DNA from: an uncultured delta proteobacterium
Lineage (GTDB): Bacteria > Myxococcota_A > Polyangia > Polyangiales > JAFGIB01
Assembly: GCA_963778655.1 (NCBI GenBank)
Contig: CAVZVA010000010.1
Location: forward strand, 1,600,001-1,664,000
Direction: 5' to 3'
DNA: 64,000 nt
Below, in pieces: positions 12,272 through 21,389 of the stretch. The notes under the pieces were generated by a model. That model saw only the letters and a list, made by a program, of their open reading frames with translations, was not told the origin of the DNA and searched no databases. The translations under genes and the position numbers were made by a program. Position 1 is the first letter of the stretch. Each line of letters opens with the position of its first letter.

Positions 12272-13863
12272 AGTCGCGCGCACTCGGCCTTTGCCTCGTG
12301 CTCGCAGCGCTGGCCGGCAGCTGCAACCAGGCGCCGGGAGCTGCGCCGACCGAGCAGGCCAAGCCCGGGGCCAAGGTGCTCTACTACCGCTCGCCCATGG
12401 ACCCGTCGTTCATCTCCAAGAATCCGGGCAAGGACGCGATGGGCATGAAGCTCGTGCCTGTGCACGAGGGCGATCCGGGGGCGAACCTCGACCTGATCTC
12501 GCTCAACGGCGCGGTCATCCAGCGCATGGGCGTGCGCGTGGCGGAGGTGAAGCAGGTGGCGCTCACGCGCGTGGTGCGCGCGCTGGGGCGCGTCGAATTC
12601 GACGAGTCTCGCGTGACCACCGTCAACATGAAATTCGACGGCTGGATCGAGAAGCTCTGGGTCGACGAGACCGGCCAATTTGTCCGCAAGGGCGCGCCGC
12701 TGTTCGCGATCTATAGCCCCGAGCTGCTCGCGAGCGAGGAAGAGTACCTGCAGATCCTGCAGGCGACGGCCGCAGGTCCCCATTCGGAGCACTTGCTGCG
12801 CGCCGCGCGCCAGCGTCTGCTGCAGTTCGACGTACCGGCCTCGTTGGTCGAGCGCATCACGCGCACGCGCAAGGCCGAACGCCGCGTGGTGGTGACCTCG
12901 CCCGCGCGCGGCTACGTGATCCACAAGACCGCGTTCGAGGGCACGTTCGTCAAGAAGGGCGCCAACCTGTTCACGCTCGGCGACCTCGGCGCGCTGTGGG
13001 TCGTCGCGGACGTGTTCGAGCTCGATGCGCCGTGGGTCATGGCAGGGCAGCGCGCGACGGTGGAGCTCGAGTACCTCCCCGGGCAGCCCCAGGAAGCGAC
13101 CGTCGACTACGTGTACCCGACGCTCGATCAAAAGACGCGCGCGCTGCAGGTGCGGCTGGTCTTGCCCAACCCCGACGTGGCGCTCAAGCCGGGCATGTTC
13201 GCGACCGTCCGGATTCACACCCAGCCGGTCGGGGTCACGCTGGCGGTGCCCAGCGAGGCGGTGATCCACAGCGGAGAGCGCAGCATCGTGTTCGTCTCCA
13301 AGGGGGAGGGTCGATTCGAGCCGCGCGAGCTCGAGCTCGGGGTGCTCGGCGACGACATGTACCAGGTGCGCAGCGGGCTGCAGGAGGGCGAGCAGGTGGT
13401 CGTCAGCGGCGAATTCCTGCTCGACAGCGAGAGCCGGCTCAAGGAAGCCGTGAAGAAGATGCTCGGGGGCAATCTCGCGACCGGCGCGGCCATGCCCGCC
13501 GCTGCGCAGGGGAAGGGCGACGCCGGCGTGCAGATGCCGTCGATGCCGGGCATGGCCATGCCGCCCTCGAAGCCGCCTCCGGCAACGAAACCGGCGCCCG
13601 AACGGAAGGTGCGGCAGATGCCGTCGATGCCGGGCATGCAGATGCCGCCGGCGCAGCCAGTCAAGCGCCCGAAACCCGCGGCCTCGGGCGCCCCGCCCGC
13701 TCCGAAACCGGTGCCTGAAGAGAAGGCGCGACCGATGCCGTCGATGCCGGGCATGCAGATGCCACCGGCGCAGCAAGGCAAGAGCCCGAAGCCCGCGGCT
13801 TCGGGCGCCACGCCCGCGACCTCGAAGCACTCGGACGAGGATCATGCTCGGCCGCCTGATTGA
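12268..13863 (+). CDS. cusB: CusB-like RND periplasmic adaptor with Met-rich C-terminal tail
   Basis: Lipobox LAGSC, YYRSPMDP...KDAMGMKLVPV metal-binding domain, GWIEKL, IYSPEL, LKPGMF, FLLDSESRL. Confidence 0.9.
   Translation: MKSRALGLCLVLAALAGSCNQAPGAAPTEQAKPGAKVLYYRSPMDPSFISKNPGKDAMGMKLVPVHEGDPGANLDLISLNGAVIQRMGVRVAEVKQVALTRVVRALGRVEFDESRVTTVNMKFDGWIEKLWVDETGQFVRKGAPLFAIYSPELLASEEEYLQILQATAAGPHSEHLLRAARQRLLQFDVPASLVERITRTRKAERRVVVTSPARGYVIHKTAFEGTFVKKGANLFTLGDLGALWVVADVFELDAPWVMAGQRATVELEYLPGQPQEATVDYVYPTLDQKTRALQVRLVLPNPDVALKPGMFATVRIHTQPVGVTLAVPSEAVIHSGERSIVFVSKGEGRFEPRELELGVLGDDMYQVRSGLQEGEQVVVSGEFLLDSESRLKEAVKKMLGGNLATGAAMPAAAQGKGDAGVQMPSMPGMAMPPSKPPPATKPAPERKVRQMPSMPGMQMPPAQPVKRPKPAASGAPPAPKPVPEEKARPMPSMPGMQMPPAQQGKSPKPAASGATPATSKHSDEDHARPPD
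13531..13800 (+). repeat. Three copies of a (Q/P)MPSMPGM(A/Q)MPP coding repeat
   Basis: GATGCCGTCGATGCCGGGCATG recurs in units starting at 13531, 13615 and 13732. Confidence 0.9.
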
Positions 13864-16800
13864 GATCTCGGTCGCGAACCGCTTCCTGGTGGTCGTGTTG
13901 GCCGTGGTCGCGCTGGCCGGCGGGGTGCTGGCGATGCGCGCCACGCCGCTCGACGCGATCCCGGACCTGTCCGACGTGCAGGTCATCATCTTCACCGAGT
14001 ACCCGGGCCAGTCGCCCCAGGTGGTCGAGGACCAGGTCACATACCCGCTCACCAGCACCATGCTCTCGGTGCCGCGGTCGAAGGTCGTGCGCGGCTACTC
14101 CTTCTTCGGTCTGTCCTTCGTCTACGTCATCTTCGAGGACGGCACGGACATGTACTGGGCACGCAGCCGCGTGCTTGAGTACCTCAACTACGCCGCCGGC
14201 CGCCTCCCGGAGGGGGTCACCCCTGCGTTGGGGCCGGACGCGACGGGCGTGGGCTGGGTGTACGAGTACATCCTCAAGTCCGACAACCACCACGACCTCG
14301 CCCAGCTGCGCTCGATCCAGGACTGGCAGATCCGCTACCAGCTGCAGCAGGTCCCCGGCGTCGCCGAGGTTGCGAGCATCGGCGGATTCGTCAAGCAGTA
14401 TCAGGTCACTGTCGACCCGCAGAAATTGCAGGCGTTCGGCATCCCGCTGGCCAAGGTGCGCGAGGCGATCAAGCGCAGCAACCGCGACGTGGGCGGTCGC
14501 GTCGTGGAGCTCGCCGAAACCGAGTTCATGGTGCGAGGCCTCGGTTACATCAAGTCGCTCGACGACATCCGCGAGATCCCGCTCGCGGTCAGCCCCGACC
14601 ACGTCCCGGTGCGCATCGCCGACGTGGCCACGGTCGGCGTCGGGCCGGAGATCCGGCGCGGGCTGGCCGACTGGAACGGCGAGGGCGAGGTCGTGGGCGG
14701 CATCGTCGTGATGCGCTACGGGCAGAACGCCAAGCAAGTGCTCGACGACGTCAAGCGCCAGGTCGCCAAGATTCAGCAGACGCTGCCCAAGGGGGTCACG
14801 ATCGAGGCCGCCTACGATCGCTCGGGGCTGATCGAGCGCGCGGTGAAGACACTGCAGGGCAAGATCGTTGAGGAGTGCATCATCGTCGCGCTGGTCTGCA
14901 TGCTGTTCTTGCTGCACGCGCGCAGCGCGCTGGTCGTGATCTTCACGTTGCCGGCCGGGATCCTGCTCGCCTTCATCATCATGCGCCTGCAGGGCATCAA
15001 CGCCGACATCATGAGCCTGGGCGGAATTGCGATCGCGATCGGCGCCATGGTCGATGCCGCGATCGTGATGATCGAGAACATGCACAAGCACATCGAGCAC
15101 GCGGAGCCCGACGCGGACCGCTGGCAGCTCGCGGTCGAGGCCTCCAAGGAAGTGGGCCCGTCGTTGTTCTTTTCGCTGCTCATCATCGCGCTGTCGTTTA
15201 TGCCGGTATTCGCCCTGCAGGCGCAGGAAGGACGGCTGTTCAAACCGCTCGCGTACACCAAGACCTACGCGATGATCGCCGCCGCGCTGCTCAGCGTGAC
15301 CGTGGTGCCGATCCTGATGGGGTATCTGGTCCGCGGGCGCATTCGGGCCGAGTCGCGCAACCCGATCAACCGCGCGCTGGTCTTCGTCTATCGACCACCC
15401 TTACGCGCGGCGTTGCGCCATCCCGTGGTGACCTTCGGCGTGGCGCTGCTCGCGCTCGCGGGGGCCGTATGGCCGGTGTCGCAGCTCGGCAGCGAGTTCA
15501 TGCCGCCCCTGGACGAAGGGGACCTTCTGTATATGCCGTCCATGCTGCCAGGGGTCTCGATCACGAAGGCGCGGCAGGTGCTTCAGCAGACCGACCGCAT
15601 CATCAAGAGCTTCCCGGAGGTCGACCACGTGTTCGGCAAGGTGGGCCGTGCCGAGACGGCCACCGACCCGGCGCCGCTGAGCATGATCGAGACGGTGATC
15701 ACGCTCAAGCCTCGTTCGCAATGGCGTGCCGGCATGACCAGCGAGAAGCTCGTGCGCGACCTCGACAGCGCGGTGCGTTTCCCGGGGCTGACGAACGCGT
15801 GGACCATGCCGATCAAGACGCGCATCGACATGCTGGCGACCGGCATCAAGACGCCGGTCGGCATCAAGGTGATGGGCAGCGACCTGAATGAGCTCGCGAG
15901 GATTTCCGAGGCGATCGAAGCGGAGCTGCGCAACGTGCCGGGCACCGCGTCGGTGTACGCGGAGCGCGTCACCGGCGGCAACTTCCTCGACATCCGCATC
16001 AAACGCACCGCAGCGGCGCGCTACGGCATCCAGGTCGACGACATCCAGAACGTCATTTCTTCGGCGATCGGCGGCATGAACGTGGGTCGCACGGTCGAAG
16101 GTCTGGAGCGCTACCCGATCAACGTGCGCTATCCGCGTGAGCTCCGGCAATCGCTCAGCGCGATCAGGAGCGTGCTGGTCGATTCGCCGATGGGCCACTC
16201 GGTGCCCCTGGGTGAGCTTGCCGACATCGGCTTCGTCAAGGGCGCGCCGGTCGTGAAGTCCGAGGGCGCGCAACCTACGGCGTGGATCTATGTCGATGTC
16301 ACCGGCTCGGACATCGGCGGCTACGTGCAGCGGGCCAAGCAGGTGGTGGCCCACAAGGTGAAGCTGCCTGCCGGCTACAGGCTGCTGTGGAGCGGACAGT
16401 TCGAGTACATGCAGCGCGCGGCCCAGCGCCTGCGGCTGATCGTGCCTGCGACCTTGCTGCTGGTGTTCATCCTGTTGTACCTGAATTTCGGCAGGCTCAC
16501 GGAGTCGCTGTTGGTGATGTCGCTGTTGCCGTTTGCCCTGATCGGGGGCGTGTGGCTCGTGTATCTATTGCACTACGAGCTGAGCGTGGCCGTTGGGGTC
16601 GGCTTCATCGCGTTGGCCGGCGTATCGGCCGAGATGGGCGTCGTCATGCTCGTGTACCTCGACCACGCCCTGCGCGACGCGCCGGCGGCAACCGACGGCG
16701 GGCCGCCGTCGCCGTCGGCGCTGCACACCACCGTTCTGGCCGGGGCCGCGGGCCGCGTGCGGCCGCTCGCGATGACGGTCTCGGCCATCATCTTCGGCCT

Positions 16801-16972
16801 GCTGCCGATCATGTGGAGCAGCGGGACCGGCGCGTCCGTCATGAAGCGGGTCGCGGCACCCATGATCGGAGGCATGATTTCGAGCACGCTCGTCACCCTG
16901 CTGGTGCTTCCAACGGTCTACAGCGTGATCGCATGCCGGCGCTTGCGAAGGGCCGAGCCCGCGCAGCGCTGA
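13844..16972 (+). CDS. cusA: CusA/CzcA-family heavy-metal RND permease
   Basis: DAIPDLSDVQVII, GPDATGVGWVYEY, AIGAMVDAAIVMIEN; the CusA Met triad contexts LYMPS, PLSMIET and RIDMLATG are present. Confidence 0.96.
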   Translation: MLGRLIEISVANRFLVVVLAVVALAGGVLAMRATPLDAIPDLSDVQVIIFTEYPGQSPQVVEDQVTYPLTSTMLSVPRSKVVRGYSFFGLSFVYVIFEDGTDMYWARSRVLEYLNYAAGRLPEGVTPALGPDATGVGWVYEYILKSDNHHDLAQLRSIQDWQIRYQLQQVPGVAEVASIGGFVKQYQVTVDPQKLQAFGIPLAKVREAIKRSNRDVGGRVVELAETEFMVRGLGYIKSLDDIREIPLAVSPDHVPVRIADVATVGVGPEIRRGLADWNGEGEVVGGIVVMRYGQNAKQVLDDVKRQVAKIQQTLPKGVTIEAAYDRSGLIERAVKTLQGKIVEECIIVALVCMLFLLHARSALVVIFTLPAGILLAFIIMRLQGINADIMSLGGIAIAIGAMVDAAIVMIENMHKHIEHAEPDADRWQLAVEASKEVGPSLFFSLLIIALSFMPVFALQAQEGRLFKPLAYTKTYAMIAAALLSVTVVPILMGYLVRGRIRAESRNPINRALVFVYRPPLRAALRHPVVTFGVALLALAGAVWPVSQLGSEFMPPLDEGDLLYMPSMLPGVSITKARQVLQQTDRIIKSFPEVDHVFGKVGRAETATDPAPLSMIETVITLKPRSQWRAGMTSEKLVRDLDSAVRFPGLTNAWTMPIKTRIDMLATGIKTPVGIKVMGSDLNELARISEAIEAELRNVPGTASVYAERVTGGNFLDIRIKRTAAARYGIQVDDIQNVISSAIGGMNVGRTVEGLERYPINVRYPRELRQSLSAIRSVLVDSPMGHSVPLGELADIGFVKGAPVVKSEGAQPTAWIYVDVTGSDIGGYVQRAKQVVAHKVKLPAGYRLLWSGQFEYMQRAAQRLRLIVPATLLLVFILLYLNFGRLTESLLVMSLLPFALIGGVWLVYLLHYELSVAVGVGFIALAGVSAEMGVVMLVYLDHALRDAPAATDGGPPSPSALHTTVLAGAAGRVRPLAMTVSAIIFGLLPIMWSSGTGASVMKRVAAPMIGGMISSTLVTLLVLPTVYSVIACRRLRRAEPAQR

Positions 16973-17077
16973 CCTCGAGCAGGGGCGTGCTCCATCTGCG
17001 CCCGCCGCTATGGGTCGGGAACCGACGATCGAGCCGGAGCCCAAGCGACCCGGCAGTCGCCGGAGACCGGCCCTTCG

Positions 17078-18286
17078 CTAGCGGCCGACGTTCTGGTCGT
17101 AGTGCACAGTCAGCGCGCCCGAGGCCGCGACGCGGCGCACCAGCAGCGCGCCGTAGACGGTGAGGGCGTCCGCCGTGACCAGCTCGGCGTTCGGCGCGTA
17201 CAGCACGCCTTGCAGCGTGCCGCCGCCGGTGAGCTGGACCGTACCCGCGCCGCCGACGTAGATGCGGACCGGTCCCTGCCCCGGCTGCTCGCCGAGCGCG
17301 ATGCGGCCGTCCACGCTCAGATCGCCGGCGACGAACAAGTCGAGCTCCGCACCGGTCGCGACGTCGGCGCGGAAATCGCCGCCGACATGCAGATCGCCCG
17401 GCACATAGATCGCGGCGCGCGCGCGCAGCTGCAGCCCGAGCGCGGCCGGGCTCAAATCTTGCAGCACGTATTGTGCGCAGTCGCGCGCCAGCGCCGCGCT
17501 CGGGTCGCGCAGCGACACCGCGCCCGTCGCCGCACCGCGCACCAGCGCGCCTACGTCGAGCACCGAGGCGGCGTCGCAGGCGCACGGCGGCGCGATCTGC
17601 ACCTCGGCGCTGCGCATCCCGCCGAGCTGACGGGTGCCCGAGATGTTCTGCATTGCACCGGCTGGTTGGGTGAGCACCCCGTCCACGCGCAGATCGCCGA
17701 GCTCGATGCGTCCGGCGACCTGCGCGTTGCCGCCCGCGCTCACGCTGGCACCGGCGCCCTGCAGCGGGCCGCCGCTCGCCAGGTCTGCGCCGACCTCGAG
17801 CTGCACGCTCGCGCCCAGGTTGATCCCGCTGCTGCCGGCCACGATCAGCGCGCCGTCGATGCTGGAGGACCCGTCCAGGCCGAGCTCCCCGTTGACGCCC
17901 ACGTCGCCTCCCGGCATGCCGGCCGCGTACGGCCCGTCGGCGCCGTCGAAGGCGTCGGTCTGCAGCGTGTCACCGGCCGCGAACCCGGTGCAGGCGCAAA
18001 TCGCGTGCTGCAGCCCGCCCGCGACCAGCGCATCGAGCGTCGTCGTACGCCCGCCCGCGCCCACGCTCTGGATGCGGTAGGAGCAGCTCGCCGGCGGGCT
18101 CGAGCTCGCGTCGGTGTCCGAGCCGGCGTCGGTGTCCGAGCCCGCATCCGCGTGGGCGCCGGCGTCCGACCCCGCGTCCAAGGCGGGGCTCGACCCGGCC
18201 TTGCGCAACGCCACTACATCGAGCTGTGCGCAGCCTGCCCAGCCTGCCAGCAGACACACGCACAGCGCGTATTCACGGCCCCGCAT
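17078..18286 (-). CDS. Secreted lipoprotein with predicted beta-helix repeats
   Basis: MRGREYALCVCLLAGWAGC lipobox, DAGSD linker, Gly/Val-rich repeats ending GVLYAPNAEL...VYGALL...TVHYD. Confidence 0.7.
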   Translation of the reverse strand: MRGREYALCVCLLAGWAGCAQLDVVALRKAGSSPALDAGSDAGAHADAGSDTDAGSDTDASSSPPASCSYRIQSVGAGGRTTTLDALVAGGLQHAICACTGFAAGDTLQTDAFDGADGPYAAGMPGGDVGVNGELGLDGSSSIDGALIVAGSSGINLGASVQLEVGADLASGGPLQGAGASVSAGGNAQVAGRIELGDLRVDGVLTQPAGAMQNISGTRQLGGMRSAEVQIAPPCACDAASVLDVGALVRGAATGAVSLRDPSAALARDCAQYVLQDLSPAALGLQLRARAAIYVPGDLHVGGDFRADVATGAELDLFVAGDLSVDGRIALGEQPGQGPVRIYVGGAGTVQLTGGGTLQGVLYAPNAELVTADALTVYGALLVRRVAASGALTVHYDQNVGR

Positions 18287-19079
18287 CGAGCACCTGCAGG
18301 CGCTTCCTCGCTCGCTCGGCCGCCGGTCCAGACGGCTGCGCGGCGAGCAACGCCTGCAGCATGCGCTGTTCGTCGCTCGCGCGCCCGAGCGCCTGGTAGG
18401 CGTGGGCCATACCCTCGCGGATCTCCGGCGTGAGCGCGCCGGTCGGGCTCTGCCGCAGCGCCTGCTGATAGAGGCGCAGCGCGCCCCTGGGGTCGCCGAG
18501 CTGCTCCAGTCGCAAGCTGGCCGCGGCGGTGCGCGCGCTATACGCGGTGGCGCCGCCCGCGCCCTGTGCCGCGGCCCGCAAGTACACGCGCTCGGCCGCG
18601 CGGTAGTGGCCCTCGCCACGCAGGCGGTTGGCGCGCTGCAACAGATCCTCGGTCGCTCGGGCGCCGCGCTCGCTGGCGCTTGGCCGCGCGCTCGACTGCG
18701 GCGCGGGCTTCGGCTGCGCCGGGCTGGGCGCGGGCGCCAGCGCGGGCTCGGCGCTCGCGGGGGCCGGCATCGCCGCTGCCGGCGCGGCCGCGCTCGGCGG
18801 TTGTGGCTGCGGCGGCTGCTGTGGCTGCGGCGCGCGCAGCGCGGCGTACATCGCCGCGGCGGCCGAGCCGCCCAGCACGACCGCGGCCGCGAGCAACCAG
18901 GCGGCGCGCTTGCCCTTGGTCGTGCGCGCGCGCGCCGGTCCGCCCGGCAGCGCGCCGTCGACCGCGCGCTCGACCAGCGCGGCGGCCGCCGCCGCGTCGA
19001 TGCGTTCGGCCGGGCCTTCGCCGTCGGCCGACAGCAAGCCCTGCAGCTCCCACGAAGCGAAGTCGATAGGGTCAGCCAT
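18273..19079 (-). CDS. Putative anti-sigma factor (single TM, Pro linker, TPR)
   Basis: Overlaps the ECF sigma stop; TM AWLLAAAVVLGGSAAAAMY; TPR-like LLQRANRLR...ALRLYQQAL...PSGPAAERAR. Confidence 0.7.
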   Translation of the reverse strand: MADPIDFASWELQGLLSADGEGPAERIDAAAAAALVERAVDGALPGGPARARTTKGKRAAWLLAAAVVLGGSAAAAMYAALRAPQPQQPPQPQPPSAAAPAAAMPAPASAEPALAPAPSPAQPKPAPQSSARPSASERGARATEDLLQRANRLRGEGHYRAAERVYLRAAAQGAGGATAYSARTAAASLRLEQLGDPRGALRLYQQALRQSPTGALTPEIREGMAHAYQALGRASDEQRMLQALLAAQPSGPAAERARKRLQVLDAGP

Positions 19080-19707
19080 GCTCGTCTCTCCCGCCCGGGT
19101 AGTGATCGCGCAGCCGTTCCATGCCGAGCCGCAAGCGGCTCTTGGCCGTGTCGAAGCTTACGCCGAGCTCGGCTGCGAGCTCGGGCACGCTCATACCGAT
19201 CACGTGATGCAGCACCAGCGCCTGGCGCTGCGCCTCCGGAATGCCGTCGAGCACCTGCGCCAGCCGCCTGCGTGCCGCGTAGTTCTCGGCTTCGGGCGCA
19301 GTGGTGTGTAAGGCGTGCAGCTCCTTGTCCAGGCGGTCGCGCTGCTCGCGCTCGCGCTGGCGGCGTCCCAGCTGGCGCATCACCGTGCGCACGGTGATGC
19401 GGTCGGCCCAGGTGGTCAGGCTGCTCTCGCCGCGGAAGCTGGGCAGCGCGCGCAGCACCTCGATCAGCGCGTTCTGCGTGAAGTCGTCGACATCCGCATC
19501 GCTGCGCACCAGAAAGCGCACAACGTTGCGCGTGCGCGGCAGCAGCTCCGCGCAGAGCGAGGACGCCGCGCTGCGATCGCCGGACGCGGCGGCCGCGATG
19601 CGCGCGTCATCGCCGGCGATGCGCGTGGGCGCTGGCTTGCGCGGGGCTTGTGGCTCCGGCAGCGCAACCAGCACGCGCTCGCTTCGCTTCGAGGGCTCGG
19701 CCATCAT
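19072..19707 (-). CDS. ECF-type RNA polymerase sigma-70 factor
   Basis: Region 2 DVDDFTQNALIEVLRALPSFRGESSLTTWADRI; region 4 QRQALVLHHVIGMSVPELAAELGVSFDTAKSRL. Confidence 0.93.
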   Translation of the reverse strand: MMAEPSKRSERVLVALPEPQAPRKPAPTRIAGDDARIAAAASGDRSAASSLCAELLPRTRNVVRFLVRSDADVDDFTQNALIEVLRALPSFRGESSLTTWADRITVRTVMRQLGRRQREREQRDRLDKELHALHTTAPEAENYAARRRLAQVLDGIPEAQRQALVLHHVIGMSVPELAAELGVSFDTAKSRLRLGMERLRDHYPGGRDEHG

Positions 19708-19900
19708 TGCCAGAGTACAGTGGAAAGGCTCGCGCGCATCGGGTCAGCCGTAAGCGTGCCCGGGGCCGCGGAATCCGCGCAATTTCGGGCCGATGTGAGG
19801 GAAGGGAGCGGGCTGTGAGTGGCCCGCGCAGCAGGAGCTTTGCACAGCGCGGCGGGAACGCGCCTTCCCGTTCGTGCGCGCTCCCGCCAACCCGGCGGGT

Positions 19901-21145
19901 CTATAGCTTAAGTCGCAGGTACGGTCCGAGGTGCGCGTGTGGCTGGATGAGCCACAGCGCGCGGTCGACGTGATCGCGCGCGTTGTCGTAGCGGAGCACC
20001 GGCGCCGCGGGCACGACCAGCGCGCCCAGCGCGAGCTCGAAGCCGAAGCTGGCCCGCGCGCCGGAAAGCAACACGAAACGCGCGCGCAACGCGAGCCCGA
20101 GCGCGAACGCCAGCGGCGTGTGGGCCGGCGCGGGCTGCAGCCCGGCATCCACCCGCGTGGTCTTGCGCGCGAACGCGGCCACACCGGCGGCCGCGCCCAG
20201 CGCGAGCTGCACGCGCGCCCGCCGCACCACGTCGAGCGATGCGCCGCCGAGCAGCACGTGCCGCCGCAACGTGATGCGGGTCTGCGGGTCGCGCAGCGTG
20301 ACCGCAAGCGCGGTCTGCGCCTCGGCCGCAAGCTCGACCCGACCGAGCGCTACACCCAACCGCGCCCACGGTCCTTGTTGCAGCGGGCTCTGACCATCGA
20401 GCGCCAGGTCCCATCCCCCGCTGGCCGCAAGCGCGACGCGCCGGCCCGCCGGCACCGCGCTCCCCTCGCCCCCGCCTCCATCCTCTCCCGTGCCCGCGCC
20501 TTCCGACGTCCCCGTTCCGCCGCCTGCGCTGCTGATCGTTCCACCATGCGCGCCCTTACCCGCGCCCTTACCCGCGCCCGCCCCCGTGCCCGTGCCCGTG
20601 CCCCCGCCCGTGCCGGTGCCCTTACCCGCCCCCGCCCCCGCGCCCGTGCCCCCGCCCCCGGCTTCATCGCTGCCCGCGCCTGCGGCCACCGCTTCGCCCA
20701 CGGTCTGGTCGGCCGCCAGCGCGCGCAGCGCCGAGCGCACCGCGAGCGCCAGCGCCTCGAGCGCGGCCGAGTCGGCCAACGCGCCCGCCGCCGGGTCGAG
20801 CTCGAAGCGCCGCTCGAGCAGGCGGTGCTTGCGCGGGTCGTAGAGCCGCAACGTGTACGCGCCATTGTCCTCGCGCGTCACCCACAAGGCGGCACGCGCC
20901 TGGCTGGCACGCGCCGCCTGCGCGGCGACCTGCAGTCGATCTTCGCCTGCACGTCCCGCCACGCGCTGCAGCTGCCAGGGCAGGTCCGCGGTCTGCCCCG
21001 TGATGCGCGCCTCGACCCCGGCCGGCAGCGGCGACAGCAGCAGCAGCCGCGCGGGCACCGCAGGCGCGTTGGTTTGGCCGCTCGCGAGCGCCGCCGACCC
21101 CAGAAGAGCTACCAAGGCCGCGCCCAGCGCGACACAGGCCCGCAT
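19901..21145 (-). CDS. Exported protein with probable C-terminal outer-membrane beta-barrel
   Basis: Signal peptide, Gly-Thr/Gly-Ala linker, amphipathic strands ending HLGPYLRLKL; upstream of the ECF sigma gene. Confidence 0.6.
   Translation of the reverse strand: MRACVALGAALVALLGSAALASGQTNAPAVPARLLLLSPLPAGVEARITGQTADLPWQLQRVAGRAGEDRLQVAAQAARASQARAALWVTREDNGAYTLRLYDPRKHRLLERRFELDPAAGALADSAALEALALAVRSALRALAADQTVGEAVAAGAGSDEAGGGGTGAGAGAGKGTGTGGGTGTGTGAGAGKGAGKGAHGGTISSAGGGTGTSEGAGTGEDGGGGEGSAVPAGRRVALAASGGWDLALDGQSPLQQGPWARLGVALGRVELAAEAQTALAVTLRDPQTRITLRRHVLLGGASLDVVRRARVQLALGAAAGVAAFARKTTRVDAGLQPAPAHTPLAFALGLALRARFVLLSGARASFGFELALGALVVPAAPVLRYDNARDHVDRALWLIQPHAHLGPYLRLKL
20550..20660. repeat. 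Degenerate GCCCGY hexamer repeat encoding a Gly-rich linker
   Basis: CCCGTG/CCCGCG units are visible; translation GTGAGAGAGKGTGTGGGTGTGTGAG. Confidence 0.75.
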
Positions 21146-21389
21146 GGGGCGGGTCTACCAGCGCCCGCGCCAAGTCGCACCAAAATTGTCGGCGTCCCGG
21201 ACCGAGAAACCCGCCCCGCCCCGTGACGCGAATGGGCGCGCGTCCGGCGAGCGCGCGGGTCTCGCGCGGCACGCCGGCCCGTGTGCGAGCGGCGACTACA
21301 CGTGCGGCACCGAACGCGCCCGCTTGGTTGTATCTCGCAAATCGGCACGCGTATGATCTCGTGATCTCGCGAGAAGGGGGCCGTGCCAC

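Noticed and set aside
13531..13800. CRISPR-like repeat-spacer pattern
   Set aside because: Only three in-frame coding repeats with unequal, mutually similar spacers, and no cas genes.
6930..17077. Copper locus as a mobile element
   Set aside because: No integrase, transposase, tRNA or flanking direct repeats seen; horizontal origin cannot be shown from this window.
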